Virus record (IMG/VR): IMGVR_UViG_3300046542_000291
Span: 62,001-126,000 of that record
Length of the DNA stretch: 64,000 bases
Reading direction: 5' to 3' (one strand)
The notes under the pieces are model-generated. The model had not been told where the DNA came from. It saw nothing but the letters and a program-made list of their open reading frames with translations, and did not search any database. Below, piece by piece: positions 26,695 to 35,657 of this stretch (position 1 is the first letter of the stretch; the number at the start of each line of letters is the position of its first letter). Position numbers and translations under genes: made by a program.

Positions 26695-28071
26695 TCAATC
26701 GATTGGGGTACCTTCGTCATCGTTGTCAGGTTCACCAGCAACGACGTAGTCCAGATGGATGGCCACCTTAGACCCGTACGGTGATTGACGGCACAGTTCC
26801 CAAGCCCCATTACAGGTGGGTTTGTCACTGACAAACTTGAAACCCAGATCGTAGAGGTACTTCACAACCGGATCTTCCAGTTGCTTCTCGTGGATAGGTT
26901 TCAGGTTAATCCACCACGTGCGGTTGTTACGCCCTTCCGGCAAACGGAACTCCAAAAGAGTGTGGGCCAATGGAGCAGTGATCTCAATCACTTCGCCATT
27001 CCGCAGGGTAGTGCCTTGACGCTTCACGTGATCAGCCAGCCCGGTAGGAACAACGTTGCGGGTCATCAGGTAACCCTGAGTGATCGATGCAATGTCATTG
27101 GCTACGTAGCTGTGGAACTCCTCCGATTGGAACATGTCGCAGATACTGAGACGAACCATATCGGTGGACAGACGTTCGAAGTCAGAGTCGTAGTTCATGC
27201 GAATCTCATTAAGACGATTCTCCATGTACTCGATTTCGACGTCGGTTTGACTTTCTTCGTGAAGCTTCCGCAACCAGTTAGGCATTTCACCGTAGCGGCG
27301 AGAGATGAGGTGTGTCAACAAACGTAACGGACCGATATGAGAGACGCCGCCGGTCGACTTGTGGATCACGCGCAACATGCTCAGCAACTTGTCTTCAGTG
27401 ATACCGAGATGATCGGCTACGCAGTTGAAACGCACCGAGACACTGAACGCAGCGCGCTCAACCAGGTAGTTGTGCAGTTGCATGAACAAGTTCTGGTTCC
27501 GTGACATGGCTTCAGCATGAGCCATGGTGTCGACTTCGATGATCGGATCTTCAACACGATCCCAGCCATCACCAGGAATGTCATCAAGCGAAGTACCAAA
27601 ACTGTCATCCTCTGGAGGAGCGTCAGTCAGTTGTGGCGTACCGCCACTGGCGAGTACGTGACGAACATCCCAGAGAGGCTGGTGAAGCATGTCGTGGAGA
27701 TCCTTTGGGTCAGGAATAGCCATTGCCTGAACTTGAAGGATCTTTAGCGAGTTGATGAGTTGGGTGTAGAAGCCCCCGTCAGTCAAGCTTTCTGGCAAGA
27801 GACGGGCTACCCAACCAGGGCGCTGGTCAGTACCGGTACGGTAACCGATGAGCGCCAAAGCGGCGCATGTACTGGTGAAACGACTTGCACTGAAGTATTG
27901 GAACATTTCCTGCACTGTCGTTTCGACTGTGAGGATAGACAAATCAACCTGGTTGGCAAGCTCATCCATGGTGATTGGTGACAATGTCTTGACCCGGGGT
28001 GCCAGGATGGTGATAATGGCGATAGCGGTTTGTGTAAGCTTGCCAAGGTGTTCATTAGACAGCATGTGCAT
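26695..28071 (-). CDS. hypothetical protein with duplicated HTH-like domain
   Basis: AGGAG RBS at MHMLS; two related helical repeats. Confidence 0.8.
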   Translation of the reverse strand: MHMLSNEHLGKLTQTAIAIITILAPRVKTLSPITMDELANQVDLSILTVETTVQEMFQYFSASRFTSTCAALALIGYRTGTDQRPGWVARLLPESLTDGGFYTQLINSLKILQVQAMAIPDPKDLHDMLHQPLWDVRHVLASGGTPQLTDAPPEDDSFGTSLDDIPGDGWDRVEDPIIEVDTMAHAEAMSRNQNLFMQLHNYLVERAAFSVSVRFNCVADHLGITEDKLLSMLRVIHKSTGGVSHIGPLRLLTHLISRRYGEMPNWLRKLHEESQTDVEIEYMENRLNEIRMNYDSDFERLSTDMVRLSICDMFQSEEFHSYVANDIASITQGYLMTRNVVPTGLADHVKRQGTTLRNGEVIEITAPLAHTLLEFRLPEGRNNRTWWINLKPIHEKQLEDPVVKYLYDLGFKFVSDKPTCNGAWELCRQSPYGSKVAIHLDYVVAGEPDNDDEGTPID

Positions 28072-28175
28072 TTGAAACTCCTGCCCGTTGGGGCTCAGGG
28101 TATAAAAGAAAAGCAGTTGTGCCTTTCTTTGAAATGTAGCCAAGCTGTTGAGCTATGGCTACAGTATTACGGATC

Positions 28176-28619
28176 TCAGTAGAATTTACCTATGGTAATG
28201 CGATTGAGGATGTTTTCAAATAACTCCTCTTTGATGTCCAGTAACCAGACAGCCCGGTATCGGAAACCTGGGCGAGGTTCCAACTCGATCTTGATGAAAT
28301 CAATATCAAGCACTTCAGGTGGAACACGGCAATGATGCCGGACAACCGAGAGAGGTGGCAAGTCTTCGTTGGTGTAGAAGAGACGCCACGTTCCATCCGT
28401 TGCCATGGTTTGCGACAGCGTTGTAGATAACTGCCCTTTCTTCCAACCTGGAATCTGACAGTTCATTGTTTTGTAACCATCCCCTGTTGAAAGAGGATGT
28501 ATCCGACGAATGGTAGCGATTGCAGCTATCGCTTCGTTCTGGAAGTGGTACTCTACAGCCTTAGCCCCGAGTAGCATCTTCTTCAACCAATCCTCGGTTC
28601 GCTTATCGAGATGGTCCAT
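28176..28619 (-). CDS. hypothetical protein
   Basis: start moved to MDHLD. Confidence 0.7.
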   Translation of the reverse strand: MDHLDKRTEDWLKKMLLGAKAVEYHFQNEAIAAIATIRRIHPLSTGDGYKTMNCQIPGWKKGQLSTTLSQTMATDGTWRLFYTNEDLPPLSVVRHHCRVPPEVLDIDFIKIELEPRPGFRYRAVWLLDIKEELFENILNRITIGKFY

Positions 28620-28635
28620 GTGTGTAGCCCTAGTT

Positions 28636-28839
28636 TCAAGAAAAGAAAGAACACGGTACAGTACCCAGCCGGTATGAAACGATTTGTGTAACAACCCACG
28701 AACCCAAGATTGCCCAGCTTGCATTCTTGTAGTTTTCTTTCGATGGGTTTTTGCTGAACAGGTAGCAAACAAAGAACAGCACGAGCATCGACCACACCCA
28801 AAGGATGAGACCGATATCAGACAACAGTGTAGGGTTCAA
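28636..28839 (-). CDS. small membrane protein
   Basis: two hydrophobic segments. Confidence 0.6.
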   Translation of the reverse strand: MNPTLLSDIGLILWVWSMLVLFFVCYLFSKNPSKENYKNASWAILGSWVVTQIVSYRLGTVPCSFFS

Positions 28840-28868
28840 TTTAGATTGGACCTATAAAGGGTGAGGGT

Positions 28869-29291
28869 TTATGCAGCGGTCCAGCGTTTATACGTGCTGA
28901 CTGGGTAAGCATCGCCAGCCCAGGTCATGTCGCTTTGCATCTTTTCAACCAGCGCACAGATACGCGTGGCCACCATACGCTTGCTGATTGGACGGATACG
29001 ATCTGGATTGTCCAGAACTTCCATCCCAGTAACAGTAGTGCGGGCCATTACGTGGAAACGGAAAGTCTCCAGCTCAGCACTTGCCGTGCTTTTAATGGTG
29101 ATGTCGACGTGCTTCAAGTTATCGGTGTCTTTGAACACCGACTGAACCACAAACGTCAATACCGTTTTGTTGATGGTGAAGGTTGTGTTGAACAGCTGAT
29201 GTTTCTCCAACGCTGCGGAATAGCCTTCACGCAGCAGCGCCTCTAAAGCAGTCATTGCAATGGAGGTGAACATCTTGTTAGTAAACGACAT
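28869..29291 (-). CDS. hypothetical protein, 'L..GY' family (C-terminal -TAA)
   Basis: ALEALLREGYSAALEKHQLFNT similar to 31822 and 29322. Confidence 0.8.
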   Translation of the reverse strand: MSFTNKMFTSIAMTALEALLREGYSAALEKHQLFNTTFTINKTVLTFVVQSVFKDTDNLKHVDITIKSTASAELETFRFHVMARTTVTGMEVLDNPDRIRPISKRMVATRICALVEKMQSDMTWAGDAYPVSTYKRWTAA

Positions 29292-29321
29292 AACTCTTTT
29301 CCTTGGATTGTGGGTAGTGCT

Positions 29322-29822
29322 TTACAGCGGTAGGTTTCGTACAACAAGTTCAGTTGGAACCGTCTTGCCGGGTTTGAGTGAACCGTCAGTTTCATAACGG
29401 TCCATGATTTCCATCATGTAGTACTGGAACGCCAGTTGGGTAGACATCATCCAACCTGCACCTTTGTCGCCAAACCAGGCCGATTCGGCATGCTGGACAA
29501 TGAAGTTAGCATCGACTTGAAAGCGAACAGTGTGACTGAGCTTGCTACCTCGACGACCGGTACGGGTGAAGTCAAAGAAGTGTCCGTGCTCATTACTGAA
29601 CGCCACGCTGAAACGGAACGACTCAGCTGACTCCGAGGTTTCACGATCCAACACAGGCATCAACCCACCCAGCATGACCAGGTAACCATGCTGGAGAACA
29701 ATGTCCAACGTAGCCCTCATGTTTGCCAGGACCATGTTTTGTACCGGGTTGGAAGCGAGCATTTCTTTGTACTCGAGTTCCGTTCCTTTGAAGCCACAGG
29801 CTACCGCTTTTACATAGTCCAT
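29322..29822 (-). CDS. hypothetical protein, 'L..GY' family
   Basis: TLDIVLQHGYLVML. Confidence 0.8.
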   Translation of the reverse strand: MDYVKAVACGFKGTELEYKEMLASNPVQNMVLANMRATLDIVLQHGYLVMLGGLMPVLDRETSESAESFRFSVAFSNEHGHFFDFTRTGRRGSKLSHTVRFQVDANFIVQHAESAWFGDKGAGWMMSTQLAFQYYMMEIMDRYETDGSLKPGKTVPTELVVRNLPL

Positions 29823-30034
29823 GTCAACCCCTTTTCTGCAATGATTTCTTTGAAGTACGACATCATTTTTTCGTCGTACACGTCGAATCGGTCGGCGATG
29901 TGCAGTGCAGCCATCGTAACGCTCATGCCGTCATTCTTGACGTACTTGCGGATGAGGTCGTATTTGAAGATTTGGCACGCGGCATTCCATGGTATCTCGA
30001 TACCTTTCTCGGGAACAACTTTGTTATTGCTCAT
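29810..30034 (-). CDS. hypothetical protein
   Basis: ORF in gene train. Confidence 0.7.
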   Translation of the reverse strand: MSNNKVVPEKGIEIPWNAACQIFKYDLIRKYVKNDGMSVTMAALHIADRFDVYDEKMMSYFKEIIAEKGLTWTM

Positions 30035-30035
30035 A

Positions 30036-30428
30036 TCAACCTTCTGCTGGGTAGATTATTTCAGTAACGTAGTCGGCGAAGAGTTCAGGGATAAACTTCA
30101 GGAAGTCCCAGTCTTCATCAGCCACTTCGTCAACTTCTTTGAAATCATGGAACTTGACGTTACGGCATTGGTTGTTACCCACCACGTCGAAGTCAAACGA
30201 GAAGCCGTGACCGGTTTCATCATCCAGTACAATTACCTTGATGATGCGGCGAATCAAACGACCCACGCCATTGATGGCGCTGATCGAGATGTGGTAACCG
30301 TCGGTGTGTTCGAAGATTGGGGTATCGTTGATTGCGTCGGTGTTCTTGTCACCCAGACGAGCACCGATTGCAGCAATGGAATCTTTGATCAGCATGAAGC
30401 GAGTACGGCGATGAGAATTCAGGTCCAT
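30036..30428 (-). CDS. hypothetical protein
   Basis: AAGGAG RBS. Confidence 0.8.
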   Translation of the reverse strand: MDLNSHRRTRFMLIKDSIAAIGARLGDKNTDAINDTPIFEHTDGYHISISAINGVGRLIRRIIKVIVLDDETGHGFSFDFDVVGNNQCRNVKFHDFKEVDEVADEDWDFLKFIPELFADYVTEIIYPAEG

Positions 30429-30471
30429 GGTGTTGCTCCTTGTTTATGAATTAAGTATAACAGCTTTTCAG

Positions 30472-30789
30472 TTAGATAGCACTATCTACTGCGCCGTTTG
30501 TGTTGAAGTCCAGAATGAACTGCATGTCAGGCATTACGTGGGTGAAAGCCCAATCGGGTTCGGTGCCTTCTGGGAAGCGGCTGAAGGTAAACGTCCCAGC
30601 CTCTTTATTCGGCTCGACCAGTTCGCCGGTAACCAACCAGAGGCGATCTTTCTTGTCGTCACCCTGAACAGTGTACGCGTGTGCGAAGATAGGTTCAAGC
30701 CAGTTCACAGCAATTTCAGTGATGTTGTTACCCAACACCAAGGATACGAATTTGAGATGCTCAGCAAGGATTTCGGGATCTTTGTTCAT
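30472..30789 (-). CDS. hypothetical protein
   Basis: start moved to MNKDP, after terminator. Confidence 0.7.
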   Translation of the reverse strand: MNKDPEILAEHLKFVSLVLGNNITEIAVNWLEPIFAHAYTVQGDDKKDRLWLVTGELVEPNKEAGTFTFSRFPEGTEPDWAFTHVMPDMQFILDFNTNGAVDSAI

Positions 30790-30806
30790 GTTGTTCTCAA
30801 AGAAAA

Positions 30807-30822
30807 GGGCCCCGAAGGGCCC
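30807..30822 (-). terminator. cUUCGg hairpin terminator
   Basis: GGGCCCTTCGGGGCCC-TTTTC. Confidence 0.8.
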
Positions 30823-30827
30823 GTAGA

Positions 30828-31196
30828 TTAATCGTCGCAGAGAATGCCGATGGAATCGTAGAAGCAAGCGGATGCAGAGCTCCACGATGTACCGTAGAAG
30901 CTCTCCAGATCCTCTTCAGAGGCGTTCTTTGTCAGCTCGGCATACATTGCCTTACCCAGACCAGTACGGCGCGCCTCTGGGCTTACGTAAGACATTACCC
31001 AGTAACGGCAGTGAAGCATTACAGCTACCGGTTTGCCATCCTTCATGGCCAACACGCTGTCTGTCGAAGGGATGTGAAAGTCGTCAGCTAATACCCGGCG
31101 AAGAATGAAGCTACGACCCGGGGTGTCTTTGCAGTGCAAGCCAGCTTCCAGTGCCAGCTGAAGTTTCTCTTCATGAGAGCCTTGATGAAATTCCAT
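30828..31196 (-). CDS. GNAT-family acetyltransferase
   Basis: motif A YVSPEARRTGLGKAMY and C-terminal ACFYDSIG. Confidence 0.8.
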   Translation of the reverse strand: MEFHQGSHEEKLQLALEAGLHCKDTPGRSFILRRVLADDFHIPSTDSVLAMKDGKPVAVMLHCRYWVMSYVSPEARRTGLGKAMYAELTKNASEEDLESFYGTSWSSASACFYDSIGILCDD

Positions 31197-31227
31197 GTTG
31201 ATTTCCTAGTTGCGTTTTGATGTGGTG

Positions 31228-31256
31228 ATTATACGGGTGTAACAAACAGTCGTCAA
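31228..31256 (-). promoter_or_regulatory. host sigma70-type promoter
   Basis: TTGACG-N17-TATAAT upstream of GNAT gene. Confidence 0.75.
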
Positions 31257-31278
31257 GCTTTTTATTGCTCCAAGAAAA

Positions 31279-31294
31279 GCCCCCTTTCGGAGGC
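31279..31294 (-). terminator. intrinsic terminator
   Basis: GCCTCC-GAAA-GGGGGC-TTTTC. Confidence 0.7.
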
Positions 31295-31303
31295 CTTCCT
31301 TAG

Positions 31304-31504
31304 TTACGCACTACGAAGAAGAGCTTCTTCCCGGAGAGCGTCCCGTTCCTTATCGGAGAGGCTAAATGCAGCCAGTACACGATCAACGGTTTCTTCGGCG
31401 GTGTCCTCGGATTCCCCGACTTCACCAACAGCCGCGCTGACGATGGAGACCAGATACGAAACACGTACCTGAGTGGACTTGAACAGCAGCTCTTCGTATT
31501 TCAT
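31304..31504 (-). CDS. small acidic hypothetical protein
   Basis: 66 aa, AGGA RBS, own promoter and terminator. Confidence 0.75.
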   Translation of the reverse strand: MKYEELLFKSTQVRVSYLVSIVSAAVGEVGESEDTAEETVDRVLAAFSLSDKERDALREEALLRSA

Positions 31505-31537
31505 TTACTTCTTCCTGTTTGCTTGTTTGGAGATTAG

Positions 31538-31566
31538 ATTTTAAGGCATAGCTCAAGGGGAGTCAA
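31538..31566 (-). promoter_or_regulatory. host sigma70-type promoter
   Basis: TTGACT-N17-TAAAAT upstream of 31304..31504. Confidence 0.7.
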
Positions 31567-31585
31567 CCCTTTTCTTCAACTATTT

Positions 31586-31825
31586 TTATTCCTTACTGAT
31601 AATGACGCATGAAGTTTCACGGCGGAGACGACCGTCTTCAGATACGCTCCGATTGCCAATGAGCTTCGTAGGCAAGCCTGCGTGTTGACCACGAGCGTAG
31701 TCTTGACACATAGGCAAGGCATCAGGTCCTTCGAACTGCAAGGTACCTGTCGCTACCATTCCCGGCGGGGGACTGGCCATGTTTCCGATTGTGGTGAGAA
31801 CGGTGAAGAATGCAACCTTGATCAT
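31586..31825 (-). CDS. small exported 2-Cys protein
   Basis: similar to 3564 and 35658. Confidence 0.7.
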   Translation of the reverse strand: MIKVAFFTVLTTIGNMASPPPGMVATGTLQFEGPDALPMCQDYARGQHAGLPTKLIGNRSVSEDGRLRRETSCVIISKE

Positions 31826-32307
31826 CGTCTGGTTCCTTTACGGCTGACATTCCCACGGTCAGTGAGAATCTGGGTTAGAATGGATGAGGAGTAATACTGT
31901 ATCTCTGTGTTGCGTGGTTCACCGTCGACGGTAAAGTCCTCGTAGATTTTGATGACCAGGTGAGTGAGTACCCGACTGATACGGGCGTAGTTGACCGGGT
32001 ATGGCTTGAAGGAATCCTGTTGGATCGACAAGACAAACACGTTATTGCTTTCTTGTGGGAAGTCCAGCTTTACAATTTCACTCCAACCACTGGTGTGTGC
32101 CAGTTGAATGGTAAGGAAGCGAAGGTTGTCTGTGTCATCGGCCTTTGCATCAGCCAGGATGGTGATCGAATAGTTAGCCTTGCCATCAGGCACGATAGTG
32201 TTGAACTTACCATGACGCAGGAACATATCTGCGTAGCCAGCCAACAGGATCTTTTGCAGAGCAAATTGTAGTTGCCCTAAGTGAATTTCTTTGCTAAACT
32301 CTTTCAT
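31822..32307 (-). CDS. hypothetical early protein, 'L..GY' family
   Basis: ALQKILLAGYADMFLRHGKFNT. Confidence 0.8.
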   Translation of the reverse strand: MKEFSKEIHLGQLQFALQKILLAGYADMFLRHGKFNTIVPDGKANYSITILADAKADDTDNLRFLTIQLAHTSGWSEIVKLDFPQESNNVFVLSIQQDSFKPYPVNYARISRVLTHLVIKIYEDFTVDGEPRNTEIQYYSSSILTQILTDRGNVSRKGTRR

Positions 32308-32339
32308 ACTGCTTTATTTCCTGGGTTAGATTCACGAAA

Positions 32340-32348
32340 GTAATATAG
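32340..32348 (-). promoter_or_regulatory. phiKZ-type early promoter
   Basis: CTATATTAC. Confidence 0.85.
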
Positions 32349-32390
32349 GCTTTTAAAACGTTTGAATAGACAAAAAGAAAACGGCATACA

Positions 32391-32408
32391 CCAGCCCCGA
32401 AGGGCTGG
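32391..32408 (-). terminator. cUUCGg hairpin terminator
   Basis: CCAGCCCTTCGGGGCTGG. Confidence 0.8.
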
Positions 32409-32419
32409 CTTATGTGAGC

Positions 32420-32764
32420 TTAACCTTCGACTGTTTCAACATCCAGGAAAAGCTTGACAGCATCACCGACTACGGGTAACATCTTGTCACTCACCAGAAT
32501 GATGACATCGCCCGGGTAGAGCAAAGTGGTGTACTGGTGGTTGTCGCCATGGGTCAACTGCCAGACGACGTAGTCAACAGCGGCATCAGCCCGGAAGAAG
32601 ACTTTATCCCGCGTCAGGACACGTTGAAAGTTTTCGAGATCCAGACCAACTGTTGGGTAGAACTGTTGCCCGTCGGTCTCCCCATCCCCGCACACTTCGG
32701 CATGGCCGACTTGAAGACCAGAGTGGGTAGTACCGAATTTGTCTTTGATGATTACTTTAGTCAC
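32420..32764 (-). CDS. hypothetical protein (domain shared with 44001..45344)
   Basis: IIKDKFGTTHSG...LYPGDVIILVS vs KITDALEHSYEG...MEAGDLILLYS. Confidence 0.7.
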   Translation of the reverse strand: MTKVIIKDKFGTTHSGLQVGHAEVCGDGETDGQQFYPTVGLDLENFQRVLTRDKVFFRADAAVDYVVWQLTHGDNHQYTTLLYPGDVIILVSDKMLPVVGDAVKLFLDVETVEG

Positions 32765-32776
32765 GACAACACTTCC

Positions 32777-33202
32777 TTACATTACGCGGAATTCACCGCT
32801 AGCCAGTTCAACGATCTTGATTTGCTCACCGCCACGGATCTGATGGTCCGCTGAAGCCGTTAGCATTTGGGTACTGCCATTGAAGCTGACCAGCAGGTTA
32901 CACCCCCAGGTTTCTTTGCCCATGGAGTTACCAACCGCACCGCCAGCCAAACCACCTGCGATACCACCCAGCAGGCCACCAGCACCTTTGCCGAATAACA
33001 TCTTGCCAACGATAGCGCCACCCACAGCACCAACACCACCACCCACTACCGTTTTGCCAGTAGTGTCTTCTTTGTTTACCAGTTGACACGATGCCGTATC
33101 AACGGTAGCATGAGTTACCGATTTGACGCCTTCTGCTTTGGCGCAGGCAGACAGCAACATTGCAGCAGTGGCTACCGCAACCAGCAGTACACGATTTTTC
33201 AT
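32777..33202 (-). CDS. glycine-zipper 2TM lipoprotein (SlyB-like)
   Basis: lipobox LLSAC; GGGVGAVGGAIVG...GGIAGGLAGGAVG. Confidence 0.85.
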   Translation of the reverse strand: MKNRVLLVAVATAAMLLSACAKAEGVKSVTHATVDTASCQLVNKEDTTGKTVVGGGVGAVGGAIVGKMLFGKGAGGLLGGIAGGLAGGAVGNSMGKETWGCNLLVSFNGSTQMLTASADHQIRGGEQIKIVELASGEFRVM

Positions 33203-33211
33203 TTCAGTTCC

Positions 33212-33481
33212 TTAGTAGAGGATGAGTTTGACTTTTACAGCGTTGTAGGTGAACGTCCAGACTTCCCCTTCCGTTGTCCAGTGAGGACGCATGGTGATAT
33301 CGACAGGTTGGTTAGGACGGGTAACGTTTCGGATATGCCGAAGCATTTCCTTCACGGAGGAATCGAAGAACAGATTCTCGTTTTCCACCGTACACTTCCA
33401 GTGCTTGGTACGGGTGAACGGAATTTTGATTGCATGACACAACCAGATCCAGAAGATGTAAGGAATCGCCCAGAGACTCAT
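33212..33481 (-). CDS. hypothetical protein
   Basis: TAATG-coupled; resembles 43677..43997. Confidence 0.7.
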   Translation of the reverse strand: MSLWAIPYIFWIWLCHAIKIPFTRTKHWKCTVENENLFFDSSVKEMLRHIRNVTRPNQPVDITMRPHWTTEGEVWTFTYNAVKVKLILY

Positions 33482-34194
33482 TAGCGTTCCCCGGCAGCGT
33501 CACACACATCGAAACGTTCAACACCCGTTTCATCGGGTAGTTCTTCACGCACAACCACCGGTTTTAGTGGTGGTAGTTCGGGAGCTTTACCGAAACCTTC
33601 GATGGCAGCTGCTTTGAGCGCAGCGCTCTCCATCTCCGATTCACCCTGGAAGTTGCTGAAGGTGATGGTCTTCGTTACTTCATTGTTACGGAAGACGAAA
33701 TCTTTCATGCCCAGACCTGGATGCCCACCAGTGGCATGAGCCAACAAGCAATGCATAGCCTGGACGCGGGACAACTTGTCAGGGGTGGCCTCGAACTTAT
33801 AGATGAGGGGTTCCCCGTAGAATTCTCCACGGTCATTCTGGGAGTGTAGATGAACCACACCAGTAGCGACGCCATTGATCATCAAGATCTCAGCGAAGGT
33901 GTGGCGCCAGAAGTCACCACCTGGCCAGTGGTAGTGGGGCCAGCTGTTATCACCGAACAGCGAGTTGAACGCACCCGTCAAAGTGTCACGGGTTCCGTAA
34001 TGACCACTGCCACGACCGAAGACGGTTTCACGAGCATGGGCCAGAATGCCGATGTTGATCCCGTGAACATCACCTGTAGGGCCGACGATGTGAATATCAG
34101 GTTGAAGGTGCCCGGCATCATTGACCAACTGATCAATTACGAGGGCAAGTTTCTCACGCGATTCACCTTTAATATCCGCTGTGTTGCGTTGCAT
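33481..34194 (-). CDS. hypothetical protein
   Basis: 237-aa ORF after terminator. Confidence 0.8.
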   Translation of the reverse strand: MQRNTADIKGESREKLALVIDQLVNDAGHLQPDIHIVGPTGDVHGINIGILAHARETVFGRGSGHYGTRDTLTGAFNSLFGDNSWPHYHWPGGDFWRHTFAEILMINGVATGVVHLHSQNDRGEFYGEPLIYKFEATPDKLSRVQAMHCLLAHATGGHPGLGMKDFVFRNNEVTKTITFSNFQGESEMESAALKAAAIEGFGKAPELPPLKPVVVREELPDETGVERFDVCDAAGER

Positions 34195-34219
34195 GTTATT
34201 CTACCTGTTGTCAAAAGCA

Positions 34220-34233
34220 GGCCCCGAAGGGCC
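34220..34233 (-). terminator. cUUCGg hairpin terminator
   Basis: GGCCCTTCGGGGCC. Confidence 0.7.
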
Positions 34234-34240
34234 CACTTGA

Positions 34241-35641
34241 TTATTCTTCGTCGTCTTTCTTCTTTTCCAAATACTGAGTACTTACAGCTTTAAAGCTGAA
34301 CACTCGGTCGGTGCACTTGAACACCAGTCCTTCGCGGTAAGTTTTCTTCGGTTGTTTCGGATCGACATTGAACGCACGCGGACCTTCAGCCATCAGGAGA
34401 ATATCCTGAATAGTAGTGCCCACCGGAATAACAAACTTCTCATGCATGACCGGGACGTAAGGAAGGCCGATGGCAGCACATACACCACGAGCTTCTTCCG
34501 GCAACAACTCCTGGCTACCATTGCGGTATACGCTGTAGACATGGTATTCAACATCTTCCACGCCTTCGAAGCCAGACTGGATATCTGGACCGATCAGCTC
34601 GCCTTGAACAGTGATGTATTCACCTGTCTCTTCCTGGTACGCCTTCAGCTTCTCAACCACCTTGTTCTTGGTGACGTAGCGGGTGAAGTTCCGGGAGGTG
34701 CTGTCGCCAATACCGGTGTTGGCTTTCCATTCAGGGACGTGAAGGTTGTTCATACGGAACGCCCATTTGCCATCTTCGTCCTTGAAGAACCACGACTTCG
34801 GTTTTAGGAAGTTGCGGTTGCGCGCCAGGAGGGTACCGATCCAGTAACGGATCTGATCTGGTTTGGACCATTCCTCGTCACCGATAACCAACTCGTAGTT
34901 ACGCGAGCAAACGCCAGTACGAACACCACCATCATCCAGGCAGAATACCGTCATGGAGCTACCGTCGAGTTTCCAGGTAACTTCGAATTCAGTGCCTTCC
35001 GCCTTTGCCGCTTCGAACGCGACTGTCTTGTTCTGGATACGATCCTGATCAGACTTGAGCAGTTGCTTCGGCCATGGCAGGAGAGCATTACCCACGTTAC
35101 CGAGGATCTTACGTACCAGACGCATGTACCAGCCAGAACCAGCTGCAGCCTGTTGCGCCGGCGACATGAGTGGCTTGGCTGCAAACTTCAGGATGCCCAG
35201 CTCCAACGTCATGTTGGTTTCAGCTGGAAGGTCTTTGTATTTCTCTGGGAGTGGTACAACCAACCCCTGGGCCAGCTCCTTACGAAGACGGAGCGTGCGC
35301 AAACGGTGATAAGCCTTACCGTTGATCAGGCGGTTATCGGAACGGCGTGCCTCGAGGAACCCGAACAGTGGGTTATCGATTGGCAACAGCGAGTCGATCT
35401 CGCAGTACACCACACGGTCACCCTTCTTGTATTCGTCCAGCTTGACCACGCACTGCCAGCCGCCGATGATTGCCAGAGACAAGGCATCAGCATTTGGATG
35501 TTTGATCACGTCGTCAAGTACGACGATACGCGCCAGTTTGCGGTCGGTTTCAACCACCCCGTTCCCCTCACGGATTGGTTTGAGTTCAGCAGCTACATCG
35601 GGGGTAGCGGTTGCGACTTCGATCTTTTCTACGACAGACAT
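34241..35641 (-). CDS. ATP-dependent RNA ligase, DRB0094/Rnl5-like
   Basis: N-terminal OB-type HPNADAL...GW...YCEIDS; motif I TWKLDGSS; CSRN; VQGELIGP; EGLVFK; SFKAVS. Confidence 0.9.
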   Translation of the reverse strand: MSVVEKIEVATATPDVAAELKPIREGNGVVETDRKLARIVVLDDVIKHPNADALSLAIIGGWQCVVKLDEYKKGDRVVYCEIDSLLPIDNPLFGFLEARRSDNRLINGKAYHRLRTLRLRKELAQGLVVPLPEKYKDLPAETNMTLELGILKFAAKPLMSPAQQAAAGSGWYMRLVRKILGNVGNALLPWPKQLLKSDQDRIQNKTVAFEAAKAEGTEFEVTWKLDGSSMTVFCLDDGGVRTGVCSRNYELVIGDEEWSKPDQIRYWIGTLLARNRNFLKPKSWFFKDEDGKWAFRMNNLHVPEWKANTGIGDSTSRNFTRYVTKNKVVEKLKAYQEETGEYITVQGELIGPDIQSGFEGVEDVEYHVYSVYRNGSQELLPEEARGVCAAIGLPYVPVMHEKFVIPVGTTIQDILLMAEGPRAFNVDPKQPKKTYREGLVFKCTDRVFSFKAVSTQYLEKKKDDEE

Positions 35642-35657
35642 GTTTCTTCCTTAGGTC

